DNA of 64,000 bases, taken from NCBI GenBank assembly GCA_045116295.1, contig JBGULQ010000003.1:17393-81392 (forward strand), given 5' to 3'. The position numbers were made by a program, and so were the translations under genes. The notes below the pieces were generated by a model. The model made no database searches. It was given only the letters and a program-made list of their open reading frames with translations, and was not told the DNA's origin. This document shows, piece by piece, positions 53,329 to 63,781 of the stretch (positions within the stretch are counted from its first letter, which is position 1; every line of letters begins with the position of its first letter). Source of the stretch: Alphaproteobacteria bacterium (GTDB lineage Bacteria; Pseudomonadota; Alphaproteobacteria; RF32; CAG-239).

Positions 53329-53690
53329 TGAGGCGGTTTATGAGCGAATATACGACTGAAAAAAAATTTGTTGTTGCTGAGGGTGATGACGGTGAGCTTT
53401 ATATCTTTATAAGCGCAAAGTCTGATGCTCCGGCATCTCCGCAGATAATCTATGACGGCAAAGATCATGCTATTTTTGTGCGCAATAGCGAGCAAAAGAT
53501 AATTTTGGATTATATACATCCGGAAGTACGTGAAAAGTTGCGCCATGCTCCGGAAGTAATTGTGGTTGAAACCTTGTTGGATAATATTAAAGACAGCTAT
53601 TATGTGGAACTTAAAGCTGTTGATAATATACCGGTGGATTGGAGCAAAATCGGTCTGTCAACTTGGGACGAAATTGCAAGTAAGAGCTAA
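53328..53690 (+). CDS. Hypothetical protein
   Basis: 120-aa ORF (possible start 53340) ending just before a terminator. Confidence 0.7.
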   Translation: MRRFMSEYTTEKKFVVAEGDDGELYIFISAKSDAPASPQIIYDGKDHAIFVRNSEQKIILDYIHPEVREKLRHAPEVIVVETLLDNIKDSYYVELKAVDNIPVDWSKIGLSTWDEIASKS

Positions 53691-53691
53691 T

Positions 53692-53905
53692 AAAAAAAGC
53701 GACATTAAGTCGCTTTTTTTAGGTATCTAGCTTCGTAAGGTTCGCGATAATATCGCAATTTCAATTCCGACTAATGCTTTTATTTTGCGTCGTTTACACT
53801 AGCTCATAAAAGCAAGTCTCATTGCGTCTCCTTATAAAAAGTGCGTTAAAGCACTTTTTATTGCGGCCGTACCATAAAAAAAAGCGACATTAAGTCGCTT
53901 TTTTT
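53692..53905. repeat. Duplicated terminator (29-nt direct repeat, period 185) flanking an about 155-nt hairpin-rich spacer behind tRNA-Glu
   Basis: aaaaaaagcgacattaagtcgcttttttt at 53692-53720 and 53877-53905. Confidence 0.8.
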
Positions 53906-53907
53906 AA

Positions 53908-53983
53908 TGGTGATCCCAGCGAGACTCGAACTCGCGTTACCGCCGTGAGAGGGCGATGTCCTAGGCCACTAGACGATGGGACC
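53908..53983 (-). tRNA. tRNA-Glu(CTC)
   Basis: 76-nt cloverleaf GGTCCCA...TGGGATCACCA; anticodon arm cgcc-ctCTCac-ggcg; GTTCGAGT T-loop. Confidence 0.95.
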
Positions 53984-54030
53984 GTAAATATGGCTATCCT
54001 TTTAATCTAAAAAATCCAATATGGCAAGAA

Positions 54031-54654
54031 TTATTTTTTATGAAAATTGATGTTGTATTCAATAGATGATAACAATATCAGAAAATAACCAATAAGTTCG
54101 CAACATTCTTCAAATAGTTGCTTTATGTTGGCAACATCGTGATTGCCCAAAACAGAAACAATCAGCGGTCGGTGTCCTATGCATTGAGCGATTGGCAAAA
54201 TGATAATAACGGCACAGCACATCATAAAAAAAGATTGGGAACTTAAAAATTGAAGCGATGATTTTATTGTGCTATGAAGCGTGAGAAAACCATAAATACC
54301 GGCCAGCAGTGGAAAAAAATAGCCAAATTTCCAGCTGATGACGGGAACCGACTTGTCAAAAAAACTGTCTAATTCACGACAAGTGGCAAAAAAGCAAAAT
54401 GATGCCAAGAGAAAGCTTATGCTACGCATATGCGGATAATGAAGCGTATTGACGAAAAAGACTATGCCGGCGGAGAGCAAAATATACAGCTGCATGTTTT
54501 CAATTATACCGTTTTCTTCAAATGTAGCTGCTTTATAATGCTTGGCTATGACGTTGACAAGCAGTACAAAAGCAAATGTGGCCATAAAATACATAAACTG
54601 CCTGATTGTACTGTAAATTATGTTGAGTTCGGATTTATTAAAGTTCATAGTCAA
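54031..54654 (-). CDS. Hypothetical polytopic membrane protein
   Basis: About 6 hydrophobic segments; ENG-x-IE-x-x-Q and EE-x-x-ELIGY motifs. Confidence 0.7.
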   Translation of the reverse strand: MTMNFNKSELNIIYSTIRQFMYFMATFAFVLLVNVIAKHYKAATFEENGIIENMQLYILLSAGIVFFVNTLHYPHMRSISFLLASFCFFATCRELDSFFDKSVPVISWKFGYFFPLLAGIYGFLTLHSTIKSSLQFLSSQSFFMMCCAVIIILPIAQCIGHRPLIVSVLGNHDVANIKQLFEECCELIGYFLILLSSIEYNINFHKK

Positions 54655-54716
54655 GTTCCTATTATATAATATTTTATGCAGATTACGTTAACATATACAA
54701 AATTCAAGAAAAATCT

Positions 54717-55355
54717 TTAGCGAGTGTTTTGTTTTGAGATCAATGGTGATATAATTTGTTGGAGATCAATCGGTGCTTTGTCGTGTCGGCATAAAATACC
54801 GACAATTCCGAGTTTTGAAGCAGCGGAGATGTTTTCAGCTTTATCATCAACCAGCATGATTTGAGAAAAATTACAGCTGAGTTTTGCTCGTGTGGCCTCA
54901 AATATCTCAGGTGAGGGTTTTAAATATCCAAGTTCATATGATGTGAAACGATGCTCCGCAGATATTAAGTCTTCAAGCGGTACAGTGTGACTAAGGATAG
55001 GAAGCGCGTTTGACAGTATACAATTGGTAATCTTTGCGCTTTTTAGTTGGTGCATAATGTCAACAGTGTCCTGATATATGGGGCCGATACCTCGATGAAG
55101 GGCTTTGTTTATTTGCGGTTTGATACTGGTATCATACTGAATATCATATTGCAAACATATGTCTTGACAGAATGTATCAAAGTTTATTTTACCCTGCATG
55201 TATGGTTTGTAGTCAAACATATGTATATTGTGAGTATCGTTATACTTTTCCGGTCGTAAAGTATGTGAACGTGCCCATCTGTCCAGAGGCTCAAGGCTGT
55301 ACGGGTAGATGGTTTGTCCAACGTCCCAAAGGCAATATTTTATGTCGTTTTTCAT
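54717..55355 (-). CDS. HAD-superfamily hydrolase (YihX-like)
   Basis: LWDVGQT motif I, ILSN motif II, KP motif III, LVDD motif IV. Confidence 0.8.
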   Translation of the reverse strand: MKNDIKYCLWDVGQTIYPYSLEPLDRWARSHTLRPEKYNDTHNIHMFDYKPYMQGKINFDTFCQDICLQYDIQYDTSIKPQINKALHRGIGPIYQDTVDIMHQLKSAKITNCILSNALPILSHTVPLEDLISAEHRFTSYELGYLKPSPEIFEATRAKLSCNFSQIMLVDDKAENISAASKLGIVGILCRHDKAPIDLQQIISPLISKQNTR

Positions 55356-55356
55356 C

Positions 55357-55944
55357 TTAAGAAATACTCATTATCAGTCCATCAGATGTATCAAGACTTA
55401 TATGAGCCCCCATGTTACGTAAACAGAAAACCGGTGCGTATTGTGACAGGTTGTCCGGTAGTTTATTATCCAAAATATCTTTGATGGCGTCGATTTTGCT
55501 TTGTGCAAGAGCTGACGGACTGGTTACTCTGGCGATAATTTGTTTTTGGTTTAGGCCAATATCAATAGTTCCTCCTTTGATTATCAAGTCAGCCACGGTC
55601 ATAACGGCGAGCATAAGGACGCGATTGAGTTCGTGTTGATTGTCTTGTGCTTTGATGTGCAACTCAATAGGGTAATTTGGATTGAGTGTTTTGATATAGT
55701 CAGTACAAGTTTTGGCGACGGTTTCCGCATTGTCGAGGTTCGAATTGCTCAAACCAAATACCATCCGGAAAAATTTTAGTCGTGATGTCAGTACTGTTGA
55801 ACTGAATTTTAGAGTTGATTTGATTTCGGTTAAAAATTCGTTGTCGTCGTCTTCCAACAATTCAACAGCGTTGGCAAAAGCACCAATGTTGCCAATTAAA
55901 TCATGGCTTATACGGGTGCAGATTATTTCAGTAAGGTTTATCAT
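55357..55944 (-). CDS. chpT: Histidine phosphotransferase ChpT
   Basis: ICTRISHDLIGNIGAFANAVELL, RLKFFRMVFG, IKGGTI. Confidence 0.9.
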   Translation of the reverse strand: MINLTEIICTRISHDLIGNIGAFANAVELLEDDDNEFLTEIKSTLKFSSTVLTSRLKFFRMVFGLSNSNLDNAETVAKTCTDYIKTLNPNYPIELHIKAQDNQHELNRVLMLAVMTVADLIIKGGTIDIGLNQKQIIARVTSPSALAQSKIDAIKDILDNKLPDNLSQYAPVFCLRNMGAHISLDTSDGLIMSIS

Positions 55945-55945
55945 C

Positions 55946-57073
55946 TTAAAAATTATACATGTTAGAGTTTATGATATTTGCATCTTCACGAACCATACGG
56001 TCGTAGTCTAATTGTTGTAGCATGGGGTCTTCAAGCAACAATTTGCCGGTAATGGCTCGAAGATATGGTTTGCCACTGCCCATTCCCCAGGATATTTCGG
56101 CTTTGTTATCGGGAGGACCATATTTTTGGTTAATACGACGCCAAAATTCGTAAGTTTTTATATCGTGTAAATATTTGATTTTTTGCCCGCTTCCGCGATT
56201 TATGTTGGTTATACCTGTAGAGTATGTAATGCGATAAACTTTGTTGTTGGTAAAGTTGCTGGTCAGCCAAATGTTGATTTCTTCACGGCTGTCATTTTTA
56301 ATAAACTTAGCACTTTCAACAAAATAATGGTTGGTATCTCTTGCAGCTTTTACTACGCAACTGTTGATGCGCTCATAACCGATAATACCGGAATTGCGAC
56401 ATTTTTCTTCATAACGCCATTTGATAAAATTAGGAATTTCAAATTTTTGTGATACCAGCTTGAAACCGCGGTTGGTGAGTATTGTCTGAGCCTGCAATAA
56501 CGGCATGCGTAACATGACACCGGAAATATCAAAAACAGCGGCATTAGATCGCGGTTTGCCGGTTGCGGGGTTTATGCTTCGATTTTCTCGTGTAAGTTGT
56601 TCTAAGGATACGGAATCATCGGATGAATGAGTGTCATTTTGGGTTTTCTTTGCTTGGTCAGTGATGGTATGGCTTAGATCTTCTACCCAGGTATCTTTTA
56701 TCCAAGAATTTGCTTTTTCTGTTGCTTTGTCTTCAATGTTTTCTTCTGCCTGCTTGATTTTTTCAGTGAGAGATTCATCGGTTTTGGGTTTTGTAGCTTT
56801 TGCAGTTTTGGTTTTTGGGGGCAAATTTGAGCTTGTATCTGTTGCAGGAGCAGAAGTCTTTGCTGTTTTGGGTGCAGTTGATTTAGGTTGGGTAGTATTT
56901 TTTTGTTTGTTATCTGTTGGGTATTTACTGATTTTGGGTATTAGGGGATTGCTCTTGGAAGAATCGGATGAACCAAAAAGGCTTTTTTCCATATCAGATG
57001 CGGCCATAGATAATTTGGTATCTATGGCAAAGACAATAATAAGCAGTACTATCAATCTAAAACATCTATTCAT
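55946..57073 (-). CDS. Secreted hypothetical protein with a low-complexity K/T/A/P linker
   Basis: Signal peptide (...LSMA), disordered linker, globular C-terminus. Confidence 0.75.
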   Translation of the reverse strand: MNRCFRLIVLLIIVFAIDTKLSMAASDMEKSLFGSSDSSKSNPLIPKISKYPTDNKQKNTTQPKSTAPKTAKTSAPATDTSSNLPPKTKTAKATKPKTDESLTEKIKQAEENIEDKATEKANSWIKDTWVEDLSHTITDQAKKTQNDTHSSDDSVSLEQLTRENRSINPATGKPRSNAAVFDISGVMLRMPLLQAQTILTNRGFKLVSQKFEIPNFIKWRYEEKCRNSGIIGYERINSCVVKAARDTNHYFVESAKFIKNDSREEINIWLTSNFTNNKVYRITYSTGITNINRGSGQKIKYLHDIKTYEFWRRINQKYGPPDNKAEISWGMGSGKPYLRAITGKLLLEDPMLQQLDYDRMVREDANIINSNMYNF

Positions 57074-57174
57074 TTCGGATTGATGATATATTTTTTTTTA
57101 TAAAATGACAAATGCTAATTTACTTTTGGTGGGTAAGTGTTTATAGATTAAATATTAACTTTGATGAGGAACAT

Positions 57175-58542
57175 ATGAAACAATCAGAAGTGCATATTAT
57201 AGGCGCAGGCTTGGCCGGCAGTGAGGCAGCATGGCAGTTGGCGTGCCGTGGGGTAAAAGTAATTATTCATGAAATGAAGCCGAAAAAGTTTTCGGGGGCT
57301 CATAAAAATGAAAATTGCGCAGAACTTGTGTGCTCAAATTCGTTAAGATCAGACGACATGGAGCATAATGCCGTGGGACTGATGCATCAGGAAATGCGTT
57401 TGGCCGGATCACTGATTATGGAAGCGGCAGATAAATGTAAGGTTCCGGCAGGCGGTGCTTTGGCAGTAGATAGAAATGAGTTTGCAAAATATGTAACTCA
57501 AAAACTGCGGGCAAATCCTAATGTTGAATTTTGTGTTGAAGAGTTAGAGAGTTTGCCAGATGAAAATTTTGGCAGAGTGATTATTGCAACAGGACCGCTG
57601 ACAAGTGAAAAGTTGGCGGCAGCAATTTTGGATGAGATCGGACATCAGTCGTTATCTTTTTATGATGCGATTGCGCCGGTGGTCTACAAAGACAGCATAA
57701 ATATGGATGTGGCGTGGTATCAGTCGCGTTACGATAAAGGAGACAGCAGAGATTATATTAACTGTCCGTTGTCAAAAGATCAGTATTATACATTTGTTGA
57801 AAAACTGATGAATGCGGAAAAAGTCGAATTTCATGATTTTGAAAAGCCAAATTATTTTGACGGTTGTTTGCCGATTGAGGTGATGGCAGAAAGAGGGCAA
57901 GATACTCTGCTATATGGTCCGATGAAACCGGTCGGATTGACTAATCCTCATACAGGTGAACACGCTTTTGCAGTGGTACAGCTGAGACAAGATAATTTTG
58001 AAGACACGTTGCGCAATATGGTGGGATTTCAGACTAAGATGAAACATGGTGCACAACAGGAGATTTTCAGAACTATCCCTGGGTTAGAAAATGCCGAGTT
58101 TGCAAGATTGGGCGGAATTCATAAAAACACGTTTATAAAAAGCCCGATTTTGCTTGATAAATATTTGCGTTTGAAAAGCAAACCATATATCAGTTTTGCA
58201 GGACAGATAACCGGTTGCGAAGGATATGTTGAAAGTGCGGCAGTCGGATTGCTGGCCGGTTATTTTGCAGCCGAAGAGGTACTTGGACGCCAGCCGATAT
58301 TGCCCCCTGAAACGACAGCTTTCGGGGCAATGTTAAAGCATTTGCAGGACGACACTAATATTGATGATTATCAACCGATGAATATAAATTTCGGAATTTT
58401 TCCGGATATAAGAGGAGAAGTTACCCCAAATGGTAAATATAGAAAGATCAAGGGAGCAGAGCGCAAGGAAAGATATTGCCAACGTGCATTGAGTGATGTA
58501 ATGCCATGGATTGAGGCTATGAAAAAAAATGTTGCCTTTTAG
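57175..58542 (+). CDS. trmFO: tRNA (uracil-5)-methyltransferase TrmFO (Gid)
   Basis: [57 protein letters not shown]. Confidence 0.97.
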   Translation: MKQSEVHIIGAGLAGSEAAWQLACRGVKVIIHEMKPKKFSGAHKNENCAELVCSNSLRSDDMEHNAVGLMHQEMRLAGSLIMEAADKCKVPAGGALAVDRNEFAKYVTQKLRANPNVEFCVEELESLPDENFGRVIIATGPLTSEKLAAAILDEIGHQSLSFYDAIAPVVYKDSINMDVAWYQSRYDKGDSRDYINCPLSKDQYYTFVEKLMNAEKVEFHDFEKPNYFDGCLPIEVMAERGQDTLLYGPMKPVGLTNPHTGEHAFAVVQLRQDNFEDTLRNMVGFQTKMKHGAQQEIFRTIPGLENAEFARLGGIHKNTFIKSPILLDKYLRLKSKPYISFAGQITGCEGYVESAAVGLLAGYFAAEEVLGRQPILPPETTAFGAMLKHLQDDTNIDDYQPMNINFGIFPDIRGEVTPNGKYRKIKGAERKERYCQRALSDVMPWIEAMKKNVAF

Positions 58543-58587
58543 CGCAAAAAGATGTACACTACTGCCCATGTCTAACGGGTTTTTACT

Positions 58588-59424
58588 ATGAATGATATTC
58601 GTAAAATAATAAGAAATAAAGCCGGATATGGAATGTTTTTAGGAGTGCGCATGTTGCCAAAGGCAAAGCGTGAGGCTCTCTATACTTTAATTGCTTGGGC
58701 AAAACATCTGGAAGATGTAGTCGAAAGTCCAATTGATGATAAAGAAAAGCAGGATATTATGGAAGGCTGGAAGCAGGAACTTGATAATATTTTTGAAAAG
58801 AAGGTTCCGGCTACAGATATAGGGCGGTGCATATATAAGAACTGCATGCGTTTCAAATTGCCTAAAAGTGAGTTTGTAAGTATGCTTTCGAGCATTTCTA
58901 AAAATGTTAGTAACCCTGTTCAGGCTCCTACAATGAAACAGTTGACCGGATATTGTCGCGGGGTTGGTGGAATGACAAGCAGTTTGTCTTTGCGAATATT
59001 CGGCTGCACTGATGAAGAAGTAATTAAAGAGCTTTCTACCAGTATGGGGACGGCTTTGCAGATAACTGATATTTTGCGTAATATTAAAGAAGATGCAAAC
59101 AATAATCGTTTGTATATTCCGCAAGAACTTTTGAATAAAGCAGAAATATCCTCTAAAGATCCCAAAACGGTTTTGGTAGATAAAAATTTGGCGATTGCTC
59201 GTGAGGAATTAGGACGAGTTGCCAGGGAAAACTATGCAAAGGCGTACAAAATAGTTGATGGTTTAGATAAACCGACGGGGCGTTCTTTGCGGTTGGTGTT
59301 GGATATTTATAAAAAATATTTTGATATAATGGCGGAAAGAGGCTGGGAAATAATTTCTCCCAAACCTGAAATGAGCAAGCTTGATAAACTCCATGTTTTT
59401 GTCAGAGGAATGTTAGCTTCCTAA
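58588..59424 (+). CDS. Squalene/phytoene synthase-family (HpnD-like) protein with degenerate Asp-rich motifs
   Basis: LP-x-x-KREALY, W-x-x-EL-x-x-IF, YC-x-x-V-x-G, G-x-ALQIT-x-ILR-x-IKED, RLYIP-x-ELL. Confidence 0.82.
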   Translation: MNDIRKIIRNKAGYGMFLGVRMLPKAKREALYTLIAWAKHLEDVVESPIDDKEKQDIMEGWKQELDNIFEKKVPATDIGRCIYKNCMRFKLPKSEFVSMLSSISKNVSNPVQAPTMKQLTGYCRGVGGMTSSLSLRIFGCTDEEVIKELSTSMGTALQITDILRNIKEDANNNRLYIPQELLNKAEISSKDPKTVLVDKNLAIAREELGRVARENYAKAYKIVDGLDKPTGRSLRLVLDIYKKYFDIMAERGWEIISPKPEMSKLDKLHVFVRGMLAS

Positions 59425-60048
59425 AGATGCTATTGCCTTGACAAGTTTGCTGATACCACTGTCTATTTCTTTGATACTTTTAGCTAACATATAGGCCGGA
59501 GTGCTGACAATCAGATTCTGTTTGTCAATAATAATGTCATCAGCAGAACAGTTCTTGTGGTGAGCACCCGTTTGTTCAATAGCTGTGGCCACCTTGGTAT
59601 CATTGCCAATGGTAAGTGTAATGCCATTGTGTCCGAGAACTTTGGCAATAAGCATTGGGGCAATGCAAATTGCGCCGATTGGCATTTTGCTTTCATAACA
59701 ATCGGTGATGATTTGGAAAATTTCAGGCAGGACTTGCCCGTTTTGTATAAGATTGGTTACTGCGCCACTCCCACCGGGGAAGATAACAGCATCAAAGTCT
59801 ATCGTATTAAACTCAGTTAAGTTTTTTATGTTGCCACGAGCAATGCGGGCGGCTTCTTCGAGAATGTTGCGGGAGGTTGAAACAGTTTCACGGGTTGCGT
59901 GGTTGACAACCTTTGATTGGTTAATATCGGGTGCAAAACACTGATATTCAATTTTTTGTTTATCAAGGTTGAGCAAGGTGCATACGGATTCGTGAATTTC
60001 ACTCCCGTCCATCATGCCGCAACCGGAAAGAATTACCGCTATTTTCAT
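59413..60048 (-). CDS. elbB: ElbB glyoxalase (DJ-1/PfpI family)
   Basis: AVILSGCG-x-x-DGSEIHE, EEAARIARG, PIGAICIAP, IVSTPAYM. Confidence 0.92.
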   Translation of the reverse strand: MKIAVILSGCGMMDGSEIHESVCTLLNLDKQKIEYQCFAPDINQSKVVNHATRETVSTSRNILEEAARIARGNIKNLTEFNTIDFDAVIFPGGSGAVTNLIQNGQVLPEIFQIITDCYESKMPIGAICIAPMLIAKVLGHNGITLTIGNDTKVATAIEQTGAHHKNCSADDIIIDKQNLIVSTPAYMLAKSIKEIDSGISKLVKAIASLGS

Positions 60049-60154
60049 GTTTGTTCTCCTATGTAATCAATATAAAACACGGGGTTATTTTTTTCAATTA
60101 AAATCATAAAAGAAATGTTTGGCAGTTTTTTTATTTTAGTATAAGACTAGATTT

Positions 60155-62062
60155 ATGAAAGATATGGAGAAAAGTGTGCAGCAAATTCTGAAAATATTGC
60201 ATGATGAACGCAGTCAATGGTTTTCGTGGTTGCCGGTTTTGTTCGGTATCGGAATCGGTATATATTTTATTTTGCCTCGTGAACCATCATTGTGGCTAAC
60301 ACTGCTATTGATTGAGGGGACATTGTTTGCTACGTATTGTTTCAGATATTATCCGGCTGTATTGAGGTTGTTGGCAGTGATGGCGGTAGTATTGGCGGGT
60401 TTTACCAATATTCAATTGAGGTCTGTTTATATATCACAACAACTTCCGGTTGTTACAGAGAGGAGTGTTTATCTTCGCGGTCAGATTTTGAAACGAGATG
60501 TCAACTATCGCGGAAGGCCGAGAATCGTTCTCGGAAATATGGAAAATTTAGCCGGCGATAAAATAAAAGGTCGGTACAGATTAACGATTTTATCGAACAA
60601 TAAGACGCTTGATGTAGGAAAATGTGTTGAATTAGTGGCAGAGGTTGCACCGGTGATGAAAGCTAATTTGGTGGGAGGATATCAGCCGGATCGTAACCTT
60701 TTCTTTGAAAAAATTAATGGTGGTGGTTATGTGGTCAGTGGCGTTTTTGAGATAGATTGCAGTAAAAAACTCGGATTTTTTACAACCAACATTAATAAGT
60801 GGCGGCGTGAGGTTACAGCAATGATTGCTGAAAAATTGCCTTTAGAGGAGGCATCTGTTGCATCAGCGATTATTACCGGTAACAGGGAGTTGATGACACA
60901 GGAGCAAATTGCGGCATACAGGGATTCCGGTTTAGCACATTTCTTGTCAATCTCGGGGCTGCATATGAGCATGCTTGCAGGTTTAATGTTCTTTTTTGTG
61001 CGTTTTGTAATGGCGTGTATTCCGGCACTGGCCTTGAGATATAATTCCAAAAAAGCAGCAGCAGTGCTGGCAATGTTTATCAGTACAATATATTTGTGTA
61101 TTTCAGGTGCGGCAGTACCGACGCAACGAGCTTATATTATGACTTTTGTGGTGCTGTTGGCTGTATTGTGTGAAAGACAAGCAATATCAATGCGGGTGTT
61201 GGCTATCGCCGCAATGATAATATTGATAATTTCTCCGCAGATGTTGATTAATATAAGTTTTCAGCTGTCGTTTGCCGCGGTTGTCGGGTTGGTGGCTTTT
61301 TATGAACGATGCGGAAGAAAAATGGAAAGATATTTGGCAGGTGAACGAATTGGTACAACAAGAAAATTGTTGCGTGGGGCAATGGTTTATTTTATCGGCA
61401 TTATTGTTGCAGATTTAGTGGCGAGTTTGGCGACATTGCCGCTGGTTATTTATCATTTTAACCGTGTTTCGCTATACACAAGTATTACCAATTGTGTAGC
61501 CGGACCGATAATCGGTTTTGTGATCATGCCGGCGATTTTGTTGGTGTTTATAACTATGCCGTTAGGGATTTCTTGGTTACCGTTGAAAGTTGCCGGTTGG
61601 GGAATCGGCTTGATTAATGGATTGACGGCTTGGGTGGCATCAAGACCACATGCAATTGCAGAGGTATATTCGTTCCCGCTCTGGGGATTGGTGTTAATCG
61701 TGTTCGGAGGGTTATGGCTGTGTTTGTGGCGTAGCAGATGGCGTTATTGGGGTATGGTTGCCATAATCTGCGGAGGGCTAAGTTTGTGTTTGGTGAAAGT
61801 GCCTGATGTTATAGCCGGTGATGGCGGCAAGGCGGTTGCAGTTAGGAATAGTACCGGAAAATTGCAGGTTTTTGAAGGCGGCAATAAGTGGATGAAGCAA
61901 AATTGGTTAGATAAATTTGCTTCATCGCATTCGATTGAGGAGGATATTGATATGCCGGACCTGTCAAATATTGACTTTGATAAACAAATCGGTGTCAGTA
62001 TCTATGGCAACAAAATCAAATCTGTGCGTGATTATGTAGGTTATCGCTTGTGGAACAGATAA
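60155..62062 (+). CDS. comEC: ComEC/Rec2 competence membrane channel (no C-terminal metallo-beta-lactamase domain)
   Basis: GLAHFLSISGLHM, PTQRAYIM, SFQLSFAAV, YHFN motifs. Confidence 0.93.
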   Translation: MKDMEKSVQQILKILHDERSQWFSWLPVLFGIGIGIYFILPREPSLWLTLLLIEGTLFATYCFRYYPAVLRLLAVMAVVLAGFTNIQLRSVYISQQLPVVTERSVYLRGQILKRDVNYRGRPRIVLGNMENLAGDKIKGRYRLTILSNNKTLDVGKCVELVAEVAPVMKANLVGGYQPDRNLFFEKINGGGYVVSGVFEIDCSKKLGFFTTNINKWRREVTAMIAEKLPLEEASVASAIITGNRELMTQEQIAAYRDSGLAHFLSISGLHMSMLAGLMFFFVRFVMACIPALALRYNSKKAAAVLAMFISTIYLCISGAAVPTQRAYIMTFVVLLAVLCERQAISMRVLAIAAMIILIISPQMLINISFQLSFAAVVGLVAFYERCGRKMERYLAGERIGTTRKLLRGAMVYFIGIIVADLVASLATLPLVIYHFNRVSLYTSITNCVAGPIIGFVIMPAILLVFITMPLGISWLPLKVAGWGIGLINGLTAWVASRPHAIAEVYSFPLWGLVLIVFGGLWLCLWRSRWRYWGMVAIICGGLSLCLVKVPDVIAGDGGKAVAVRNSTGKLQVFEGGNKWMKQNWLDKFASSHSIEEDIDMPDLSNIDFDKQIGVSIYGNKIKSVRDYVGYRLWNR

Positions 62063-63649
62063 TTAAAAAGTTTGTTCACGGGTTTTGCTCAAAACAAGTT
62101 TGGGAAAATCTTCTTTGATTTTGTTTAAATGCCATGCGTTGCGGGCCAAAAAGACATCTTGTCCGTTGTTATCGAGAGCCAAGTTCATCTGATTGGTGTC
62201 TGAGAATTTTTTCCAAACGGTTTTATCGTCGCAGCTTACCCAACGGGCGGTATAATATTGTGTGGGTTCAAACATTACCGGAAGCCCAAATTCGTTTTTA
62301 ATGCGGTCGGCCATAACCTCAAACTGTAATACGCCAACGACACCGACAATCCATTCGGCACCGATAACCGGTTTGAAAATACTGGCTCCGCCTTCTTCAG
62401 CGATTTGTTTTAAGGCATCGCCTAAGTGTTTGGATTTGAGCGGATCAAGGGAACGAACGGATTTTAATAGTTCGGGAGCAAAGCTCGGAATACCGGTAAA
62501 ATGCAGTTTTTCACCTTCGGTTAAACTGTCGCCGATACGCAGTTGTCCATGGTTGGGAATGCCAATAATGTCGCCGGCAAAGGCGTCTTCTGCCAGTTCA
62601 CGTTCTTGCGCCAAGAACATGACCGGAGTGGCAACTTTGAGCGGTTTGCCGTCACGAACCTGAGTTAAGGTCATGCCACGTTTGAAATGTCCGGAGCATA
62701 TGCGCATGAAGGCAATGCGGTCACGGTGTTTGGGGTCCATGTTGGCCTGAATCTTAAATACAAAGCCGGTAACTTTGTTTTCATCGGGGTTGACTGAACG
62801 TTCAACCGCAGGTCGGGGCAATGGCTGAGGAGCCAGTTCGTGCAAACCTTCAAGCACTTCTTTAACGCCAAAGTTGTTGATGGCAGAACCGAAAAATACC
62901 GGCGTTAATGCACCGTCAAGATAAGCCTGTTTGTCAAAGGCGGGACAGAGTTCACGCACCATCTCAACGTCTTCACGCAGTTTAGATACGGCGTATTGAG
63001 GCAACAGCTTATCCAGTTTTTCGTCGTCTAAGCCTTTACAGGTTTCAATAGTAGCATTGATTTGTGATTTATCGCCGGTTTTGTTCATCAAGATAAGTTG
63101 GTCGTTTATCAAGTCATAGCAACCGAGAAAATCTTTGCCCATACCGATTGGCCAGCTGGCAGGGGTAACGTCTAAAGCAAGTGTCTTTTCAATGTTGTCG
63201 AGCAGTTCAAACGGATCTCTGCCTTCGCGGTCGAGTTTGTTGATGAAGGTAATAATCGGAACATTACGCAAACGACAGACTTCAAAAAGCTTTTTGGTTT
63301 GGGTTTCAATACCTTTTGCAGAGTCAATAACCATAACGGCCGAATCGACAGCAGTGAGGACACGGTAGGTATCTTCGGAAAAGTCCTCGTGTCCGGGGGT
63401 ATCCAAAAGATTGAATGTAATATCTTTATATTCAAAGTTCATTACTGATGAGGCGACGGAAATACCGCGTTCCTGCTCAACTTTCATCCAGTCGGAGCGG
63501 GCATGTCGATTTTCGCCACGGGCTTTGACAGCACCGGCTTGTTGAATAGCACCGCCGAAAAGAAGGAGCTTTTCGGTCAAAGTGGTTTTACCGGCATCCG
63601 GGTGTGAAATAATCGCAAAAGTTTTGCGAGGATTGATTTTATTAGCCAT
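62063..63649 (-). CDS. prfC: Peptide chain release factor 3
   Basis: RKTFAIISHPDAGKTTLTEKLLL, DTPGHEDFSEDTYR, FINKLDR, GVLQFEV. Confidence 0.98.
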   Translation of the reverse strand: MANKINPRKTFAIISHPDAGKTTLTEKLLLFGGAIQQAGAVKARGENRHARSDWMKVEQERGISVASSVMNFEYKDITFNLLDTPGHEDFSEDTYRVLTAVDSAVMVIDSAKGIETQTKKLFEVCRLRNVPIITFINKLDREGRDPFELLDNIEKTLALDVTPASWPIGMGKDFLGCYDLINDQLILMNKTGDKSQINATIETCKGLDDEKLDKLLPQYAVSKLREDVEMVRELCPAFDKQAYLDGALTPVFFGSAINNFGVKEVLEGLHELAPQPLPRPAVERSVNPDENKVTGFVFKIQANMDPKHRDRIAFMRICSGHFKRGMTLTQVRDGKPLKVATPVMFLAQERELAEDAFAGDIIGIPNHGQLRIGDSLTEGEKLHFTGIPSFAPELLKSVRSLDPLKSKHLGDALKQIAEEGGASIFKPVIGAEWIVGVVGVLQFEVMADRIKNEFGLPVMFEPTQYYTARWVSCDDKTVWKKFSDTNQMNLALDNNGQDVFLARNAWHLNKIKEDFPKLVLSKTREQTF

Positions 63650-63781
63650 ATCTGAACCCAATTTGTATTTATTGCAAAATTTAAGCGGATAAAAACATAT
63701 TTATTGCAATTTGGCAAGCAAATTTATCTGTTGAAAAAACAGCAAAAAAAATGTAGCATTCAAAAGCAGGAGAATTGAATT

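Noticed and set aside
56760-56920. Tandem repeat in the secreted protein 55946..57073
   Set aside because: Only low-complexity K/T/A/P linker sequence; no true periodic repeat unit.
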